The translations under genes were made by a program, and so were the position numbers. From Dehalococcoidia bacterium (GTDB lineage: Bacteria; Chloroflexota; Dehalococcoidia; Bin125): a DNA stretch of 64,000 nucleotides. Positions 58,743 to 64,000 of the stretch are shown here, in pieces. Each line of letters starts with the position of its first letter. Position 1 is the first letter of the stretch. The notes beneath the pieces are model-generated. The model worked only from the letters and a program-made list of their open reading frames with translations, did no database searches and had not been told where the DNA came from. The stretch lies in assembly GCA_963422755.1 (NCBI GenBank), contig OY730488.1, one strand, 5' to 3'.

Positions 58743-58766
58743 CCGACCCGGCGCGACCAGCGCCAC

Positions 58767-59933
58767 TCAGGCGCGCGGTAGTCCGAAGCCCCGCTGCGCG
58801 ATGATGTTCCGCTGCAGCTCGTTCGCGCCGGCCCCAAATGTTGGCATAATCGCGGCGATATAACCATTCTCCGCAGAACCGCCGATCGGCGCGCGCTCGT
58901 CCGCCGGCTCCAGCTGCCCATAGAGACTCATCGCATGCAGCGAGAAGTTCTGTAGCCGCTGCATCATCTCGGTCGAGAAAATCTTGACCTGGCTGGCCTC
59001 GTAGTTGGGCGACTCCTCACGCTTCAGCATGTCGAGGATGCGATAACTCAGGTGCTGCAACACCTCCAGCTGCACCTTGAAATCAGCGAACGTGCCGCGA
59101 ATACCATCGTCGTCCAACGGCCGGCCCATCGGCGTCACCCCGTCGGCCCACTCGTGCAGCCGATCGAACACCGCTCGGACACTGCTGACTGTGAAGATGG
59201 AAATACGCTCGCGGTCCAGAGCGTGCGCGGCGTAGTACCAACCACGATTCTCCTCGCCCACCAGTACATTCGTCGGTACCCGCACGTCCTCGAAATAGAC
59301 CTCGTTCGTCCGATACCCCGCCATCGTCCAGATCGGCTTGACGGTGATGCCCGGCGACTGCAAATCCACCAGCATCATCGACACGCCACGATGCTTGGGC
59401 GCGTCGGGATCGGTGCGCGTCGCCAACCAGACATACTCCGAGCGATGAGCGCCAGAGGTCCAGCGCTTGATCCCGTTGAGGACATAATCGTCACCGTCCT
59501 TCACCGCCCGCAGCTGCAGCGAGGCCAGGTCGGAGCCGGCATCCGGCTCGCTGTAGCCCAGCGCAAACTCCACCTCGCCGCGTGCGATCGGCGGCAGGAA
59601 GCGGTCCTGCTGCTCCTCAGTGCCGAAGCGCATCAGCGTCGGCCCCACTTGTTGGGTGGCGACGGTCGCCTGCGGTGCGCCCGAATAGTTCATCGCCTCC
59701 CAGAACAGGTACTGCTCCTCCAGCGAGCGTTCCTGGCCGCCGTATTCGGCAGGCCACGACATCGTCAGCCAGCCGCGCTCCGCCAGCCGCTTGCGGAAGC
59801 CGCGCTCCTCGTCGAACGTGTCAAGCCCCGCATCTCCGATCTTCGCGCGCAGATCCGGCGTCCACTCCTGACTGAGAAACTCGTTCACCTCCGCCTCGAA
59901 GGCGAGCGCCTGATCGCTGAATCGATATTCCAT
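58767..59933 (-). CDS. Acyl-CoA dehydrogenase
   Basis: It shows the three-domain ACAD architecture, with TEPDAGSD in the middle domain and a C-terminal helical domain. Confidence 0.9.
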   Translation of the reverse strand: MEYRFSDQALAFEAEVNEFLSQEWTPDLRAKIGDAGLDTFDEERGFRKRLAERGWLTMSWPAEYGGQERSLEEQYLFWEAMNYSGAPQATVATQQVGPTLMRFGTEEQQDRFLPPIARGEVEFALGYSEPDAGSDLASLQLRAVKDGDDYVLNGIKRWTSGAHRSEYVWLATRTDPDAPKHRGVSMMLVDLQSPGITVKPIWTMAGYRTNEVYFEDVRVPTNVLVGEENRGWYYAAHALDRERISIFTVSSVRAVFDRLHEWADGVTPMGRPLDDDGIRGTFADFKVQLEVLQHLSYRILDMLKREESPNYEASQVKIFSTEMMQRLQNFSLHAMSLYGQLEPADERAPIGGSAENGYIAAIMPTFGAGANELQRNIIAQRGFGLPRA

Positions 59934-60004
59934 AATCGTGCTCCCTCGCGCAGCGCTTGGCCGCGTCGACGCCGGCTCGTTGGGCCATTGGTTTGCTAGG
60001 AATG

Positions 60005-61432
60005 CTACCGCAGCGGCGCTCGCGATCCCTGTGCGCTGTACACCTTATTCATCGCCGCCCGGACGACGATGCTCGCTGATCCATTGAGCGCCGGTCGCGC
60101 TTCGCCCGCGCCTGCTGGCATCGGCGCCCCCGCGGGCAGCCCATACTGCGGTACCCGCGCGCTCCGAATCACCGGCCGTATGACGATCACCATCACCAAC
60201 AGCGCCAGGACCACGAACGACATCGGTGGAAACAGTGTTTCCATGGTCAGCCATTGCGCGACGATGCCCAGCGGCAGCCCCACCGCCTGCGCGATTCCCA
60301 TGCCGAGGAAGATCAGCCCCATGATCCGTCCCCGCATCTCGTTCGGCGTCTCATAGGCGAGCGTCGAATTTGCCGTCACCATCGCGATCGACATCCCAAC
60401 GCCGAGCAGGAAATTGCCGGCCATGGCATTGATCGCCGTCGCTGGGTTGGTGAAGACGATGAAACCCAGCGCCATCACGATCACTCCGCCTGCGGTCAGG
60501 ACCCCCTTGCGCTCGACCCACGAGAACCGCACCAGGATCAGCGACGCGATCATCGCGCCAGCGCCCCAGAAGACCGCGATGACGCTGAACTCGGACCATG
60601 TCGCGCCCACCACAGTCGTCACCCACTGCGGCCCCAGCGTCCCCGTCGGCGGCATGATCAAGGACATCATCAGCACCACGATCAGCACGGTCCACAGCAC
60701 GACCGGCTTCGAGCGGGCGTACTGCAGCCCCGCGTTGATGTCGCGCAGCGCCCCGAGAGGATCGTTGCCGCGCTTGGCCAGATTTGCCCGGTGCTCGGCC
60801 GAGAACACCGTGCGATACGACATCATCGCCAGAATCAGCACCTCGCCGAGGTGCCCGAACGACGAGATCGCAAACACCGCACCGTGACCGAGACTGTCGA
60901 TCAGCAGCCCTGAAGCGAAGATCGCAAAGGGCATCGCAAACTGCATCGCCGCTGAATTGAGCGCAATCCCCGCCGGCGTCAGACGCGGACCCAGAATCTC
61001 CGGCGTGATCGCCTGGCGCGTCGGGCCATCGATCGCATGCGCTGACGAGGCGATGATCGTGAGCAGGAAGAAGATGCCGATCTCGAGCACGCCGCCAGAA
61101 CCGGTCCACATCAGCACGGCGATGCCGATATTGCAGATGAAGGCCAGCGACTGCGTCGCCATCAACAGCCGACGTCGGTCGAAGCGGTCGGCCAGTGCGC
61201 CACCGAACAGCCCGAAGCCAATCATCCCCAACCCGCGAATCGTCCCGATCGCGCCGACCATGATGATCTCAACATCATCCGACGCGACGAGTTGAATCCA
61301 GGCAATCGACGTGACGAACTGCAACGGCATCATCGACTGACCGAGGATGAAACCGCTGAGCAGCAGACGGAACTCACGCAGACGCAGCGGCTCGATCATG
61401 CCTGGGCGTGATGCAGCAGACACGACGCTCAT
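60005..61432 (-). CDS. MFS transporter (EntS/YbdA-like)
   Basis: It has 12 predicted TM helices and the MFS motif GALADRFDRRRLL. Confidence 0.85.
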   Translation of the reverse strand: MSVVSAASRPGMIEPLRLREFRLLLSGFILGQSMMPLQFVTSIAWIQLVASDDVEIIMVGAIGTIRGLGMIGFGLFGGALADRFDRRRLLMATQSLAFICNIGIAVLMWTGSGGVLEIGIFFLLTIIASSAHAIDGPTRQAITPEILGPRLTPAGIALNSAAMQFAMPFAIFASGLLIDSLGHGAVFAISSFGHLGEVLILAMMSYRTVFSAEHRANLAKRGNDPLGALRDINAGLQYARSKPVVLWTVLIVVLMMSLIMPPTGTLGPQWVTTVVGATWSEFSVIAVFWGAGAMIASLILVRFSWVERKGVLTAGGVIVMALGFIVFTNPATAINAMAGNFLLGVGMSIAMVTANSTLAYETPNEMRGRIMGLIFLGMGIAQAVGLPLGIVAQWLTMETLFPPMSFVVLALLVMVIVIRPVIRSARVPQYGLPAGAPMPAGAGEARPALNGSASIVVRAAMNKVYSAQGSRAPLR

Positions 61433-62058
61433 GGCTCTCGCTTCGCTGCCTGGAGCACGCTGTGCCGTCGGCCTTGACGCACTTTCGACACCTGCTGTGG
61501 TCCGAAGATGTCACCCAGCCGCCGCTGCAGATACCGTCGCAGCCCGTTGACCGCTACCACAACCAACAGCCCGCCGTCGTCGTCGAGCGCATCGTGCGCG
61601 CCCAGCAGGAGCGCATCCAACGCGTCGTTCCCTGCCTGCGCCGGCAGATTCGACACGACGAGATCAAACTGCTCGCCGCCGAGCTGACATACCCCATCGC
61701 TGAGCGCCACTCGCGCGTTCCCCAACGCGAGCGACGCGACGTTCTGCCCAGCCGCCTCCACTGCCCGGATATCGCTGTCGACCATCGTTACCTGCACTGT
61801 CGGCCAGGCGGCCGCCAGCGGCGCGCCGATCGCTCCGTAGCCGCAACCGAGATCGAGCGTGCGCTGCGCTGGCGGAAGCGAAACCAGCTCGCCCAGCAGC
61901 ATCGCGGTACCTTCGTCGAGCGCGCGCGCCGAGAACAGTCCATGCCGCGACGTCAGCTCCAGTTCACGTCCGCCGAACGCAACGCAGACGCGCGGATGCT
62001 CCGCCAGCCGCGTCCGCAGGTTCTCCAGACGGTCCTGCCCCTCTCCCGCCGCCATCAC
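61429..62058 (-). CDS. Class I SAM-dependent methyltransferase (RsmC/RlmG small-domain-like)
   Basis: It has LDLGCGYGAIG and NLP motifs. Its stop overlaps the MFS gene's start. Confidence 0.7.
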   Translation of the reverse strand: MMAAGEGQDRLENLRTRLAEHPRVCVAFGGRELELTSRHGLFSARALDEGTAMLLGELVSLPPAQRTLDLGCGYGAIGAPLAAAWPTVQVTMVDSDIRAVEAAGQNVASLALGNARVALSDGVCQLGGEQFDLVVSNLPAQAGNDALDALLLGAHDALDDDGGLLVVVAVNGLRRYLQRRLGDIFGPQQVSKVRQGRRHSVLQAAKREP

Positions 62059-62366
62059 AAAGTCTCAATCCGCTCCGAAACCGGCGTGAAGCAGTCCATG
62101 TGCTCCGGATCCATACGGCGCACGTTGCCGGGACAGATACACGTCCGCTTGCCAGCCGTCGAACCCGCCACCGTGATCTGAATGTGCGACGGATGGGAGA
62201 ACTTGGCAGCAGCAGCGCCCGCTTCGAGCGGCGCTGGCGCATAGCTGTGCGGAATCTTGCCGACCACATCACCTGAGGTGCGCGCCATACCTCGCAGCAT
62301 GCGCTCGACCCGTTCGCGGGTCGGCGGTACCAGCGGCAAACCATCGCCGAATCCGCGCTCGAGCAT
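62055..62366 (-). CDS. Short paralog (about 103 aa) of the adjacent 374-aa protein. It matches only that protein's N- and C-terminal segments and may be an internally deleted remnant.
   Basis: GFGDGLPLVPPTRERVERML aligns with GITDGLPVSPPTRDRVDRML, and SHPSHIQITVAGSTAGKRT aligns with ADPSFIQISVAGSHAGKWT of the upstream gene. The start was chosen at an internal Met just after the upstream stop. Confidence 0.4.
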   Translation of the reverse strand: MLERGFGDGLPLVPPTRERVERMLRGMARTSGDVVGKIPHSYAPAPLEAGAAAAKFSHPSHIQITVAGSTAGKRTCICPGNVRRMDPEHMDCFTPVSERIETL

Positions 62367-62374
62367 GCGGCGGC

Positions 62375-63499
62375 TCAGGTGCGAATCCGCGCGGATGGCG
62401 GCACGAACGTCGACGGCTGCTGCTGCGTCGGGTCGCCGTCTCCGAAGATGCCCTGGTAGATGCTCGTCCACTTGCCGGCGTGGCTGCCCGCCACGCTGAT
62501 CTGGATGAAGGACGGATCTGCCACCTTCGACAGCGGCATATCCAGCTGCGCTTCGCTCAGGCCATACTTCTCGGGCGCGTACTCGTTGATCCCGCCGCCC
62601 AGTGTCGGCGAGGCCAGGCGTTCACGCAGCGGCAGCGCCGTGAACTCCATGATCGCCTCGCGAATGTTGGCTTTCGACCAACCGTCGGCGCGGTACACAT
62701 CCGCGTGCTCGGGGCTCACCACGAACATCGTCGGCGTCACCTGACCGCGCGGCTTCAGCACCTGTTGGAAGGCCATCGCAATCGAGCCGGTCAACGCCCG
62801 CGCCGTGCGGCTGGTCTGGTCGATGCAAACGCGCGGCCCGCCGGTGATCGGAATCAGCGAAACCACGCTGTCCGCTCGCTCATAGCCGTGCTCAACGTGG
62901 TACGGCTCCCACGGCGAGTAGTCCTCGTCCTCCGCGTAGCTCAGCGTCCACTTGTGTCCGCCACCCTGGATGGCCTGCTCGATCTCGCCCGGCACAGCGC
63001 CTCCAACGTTGCGCAGCATCAGCCGCAGGGCGCGCCCCAGCGTCGAGTTGGCGCGATTGCCCTGTCCTAGCGCATTTAAGCCCCAGTTCATGCCAATTCG
63101 CTCGCGCTCCGGCCCGTTGACCAGCATCATCGGGGCCAGCCCGGCAGTCGTGGCGATCGAGCCGTGCAACGGGAACTGCCCACCAGCGGCCGCCTCCACA
63201 GCGGCCAGGATCGCTGGGAAGTACTCGGGCTTTGCGCCAGCCATCACGGCGTTGATCGCCGCCTTTTCGACAGTCAGCGGAGCCAGATTCGGCGGGAGAG
63301 AGGCAATCACCTGCTGCGGATGCTGGAAATCGGACGGTGCCGCCGCCAACATTCGATCGACGCGGTCGCGCGTCGGCGGCGACACGGGCAACCCATCCGT
63401 GATGCCCTGGTCGAACATGAACTCATAGACATCGTCGTGATCGGCAATCTCGATCACGCGCGCCAGCGCGCTACGGCCGTCAGGGTCTGTGGACGCCAA
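62375..63499 (-). CDS. Conserved hypothetical protein of 374 aa with no recognised family
   Basis: It is a long ORF with codon bias typical of the region. It lies between the UGSC-type selenoprotein gene and its own truncated paralog. Confidence 0.55.
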   Translation of the reverse strand: MASTDPDGRSALARVIEIADHDDVYEFMFDQGITDGLPVSPPTRDRVDRMLAAAPSDFQHPQQVIASLPPNLAPLTVEKAAINAVMAGAKPEYFPAILAAVEAAAGGQFPLHGSIATTAGLAPMMLVNGPERERIGMNWGLNALGQGNRANSTLGRALRLMLRNVGGAVPGEIEQAIQGGGHKWTLSYAEDEDYSPWEPYHVEHGYERADSVVSLIPITGGPRVCIDQTSRTARALTGSIAMAFQQVLKPRGQVTPTMFVVSPEHADVYRADGWSKANIREAIMEFTALPLRERLASPTLGGGINEYAPEKYGLSEAQLDMPLSKVADPSFIQISVAGSHAGKWTSIYQGIFGDGDPTQQQPSTFVPPSARIRT

Positions 63500-63565
63500 G
63501 CGGATCCCTCGTTCCTCGCGATGGATGCAAACCGACTGTGGCGGGCGACTGGTGGCGGGCCGTCG

Positions 63566-64000
63566 TCAGTCGACGGGTGCCATCAGCGTGTCTAGGATCT
63601 CGTCGATGAAGCGCTCGGCGTGTTCGTGCATCTCCGCGTTGGTGCGGTCCTGCATCGGATGCGGAATGAAGACGCGGCGCACCTCTTCCAAGCCCAACCG
63701 CTCGGCCTGATGGCTGGCGGCCTTGATGAACTCAGAAGTGGCGACAAACACGCTGGGCTTGCCCTGCAGCTCGAAGAATACGGTGTCGTGCACACTGCAC
63801 GTCGTGCAGGATCCTCAATCAGCCAGCGCTTCGATGACGAAGTCGCACTCCTCCAGAATCGCTTGCTTGATCGGCTCGGGCGCCGGCTTGGCGACGGTGG
63901 GCTTCATGTAGCGGCGCGTCTCGACGCCCGGTGCACGCTCGTGCAGGAGCTGCTCGAGACGGTCCAGGAAGACGTCGCCACGCGGCTTCGAGATGTCGAG
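63566..64000 (-). CDS. UGSC-family (seleno)protein, partial. An in-frame TGA at 63815..63817 on the minus strand gives the motif A-D-U-G-S-C-T-T-C. The 5' end lies beyond the window.
   Basis: The minus-strand reading frame is continuous from the window edge through the TGA into track ORF 63566..63793: ...ECDFVIEALAD-U-GSCTTCSVHDTVFFELQGKPSVFVATSEF...MAPVD*. UGSC is the motif that names the family. Confidence 0.55.

Noticed and set aside
1-64000. Mobile elements, CRISPR arrays, tRNA/rRNA genes, toxin-antitoxin or defence-system signatures
   Set aside because: I saw no transposase, integrase or recombinase-like ORFs. I saw no direct-repeat arrays with unique spacers and no rRNA-like stretches. 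I could not recognise any tRNA cloverleaf. Without a search tool, short ncRNAs cannot be excluded.

Overview
This 64 kb window is visibly GC-rich, densely coding bacterial chromosomal DNA. I found no rRNA, tRNA, CRISPR array, transposase or integrase.

Most genes encode acyl-CoA and fatty-acid-type catabolism enzymes, often as paralogous pairs:
- four family III (CaiB/BaiF) CoA-transferases in two tandem pairs
- two SCP-x-type thiolases, each beside a DUF35 zinc-ribbon/OB-fold protein
- three SDRs (two in tandem), an enoyl-CoA hydratase, an acyl-CoA dehydrogenase, an AMP-forming acyl-CoA synthetase and two ADP-forming acyl-CoA synthetase paralogs
- an acyl-CoA carboxyltransferase, an MmsB-like dehydrogenase and a nitronate monooxygenase

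Housekeeping and other functions are also present:
- class II B12-dependent ribonucleotide reductase NrdJ
- endonuclease IV and AlkA
- F420 biosynthesis genes cofD and cofC plus an F420/FMN-type PPOX-fold protein
- HtpX, an M20 peptidase, a LysM/M23 peptidase and a Sir2 deacylase
- two FtsX-type ABC exporters and two MFS transporters
- a LysR regulator followed by a ferredoxin operon
- DUF3090, DUF3105 (two copies), RDD (two copies) and a MoaD/CysO-type sulfur-carrier protein

The most notable observation is two apparent selenoprotein genes, each with an in-frame TGA at a conserved redox cysteine position. One is a peroxiredoxin whose peroxidatic Cys codon is replaced by TGA (F-T-G-G-U-T-N-E). 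The other is a partial gene at the window edge reading A-D-U-G-S-C-T-T-C, the motif that names the UGSC (seleno)protein family. Local hairpins that could act as bacterial SECIS elements follow both TGAs.

High G+C content produces many long spurious antisense or alternative-frame ORFs in the six-frame track. I called genes by recognisable protein family, start-codon context and operon logic, not by ORF length.
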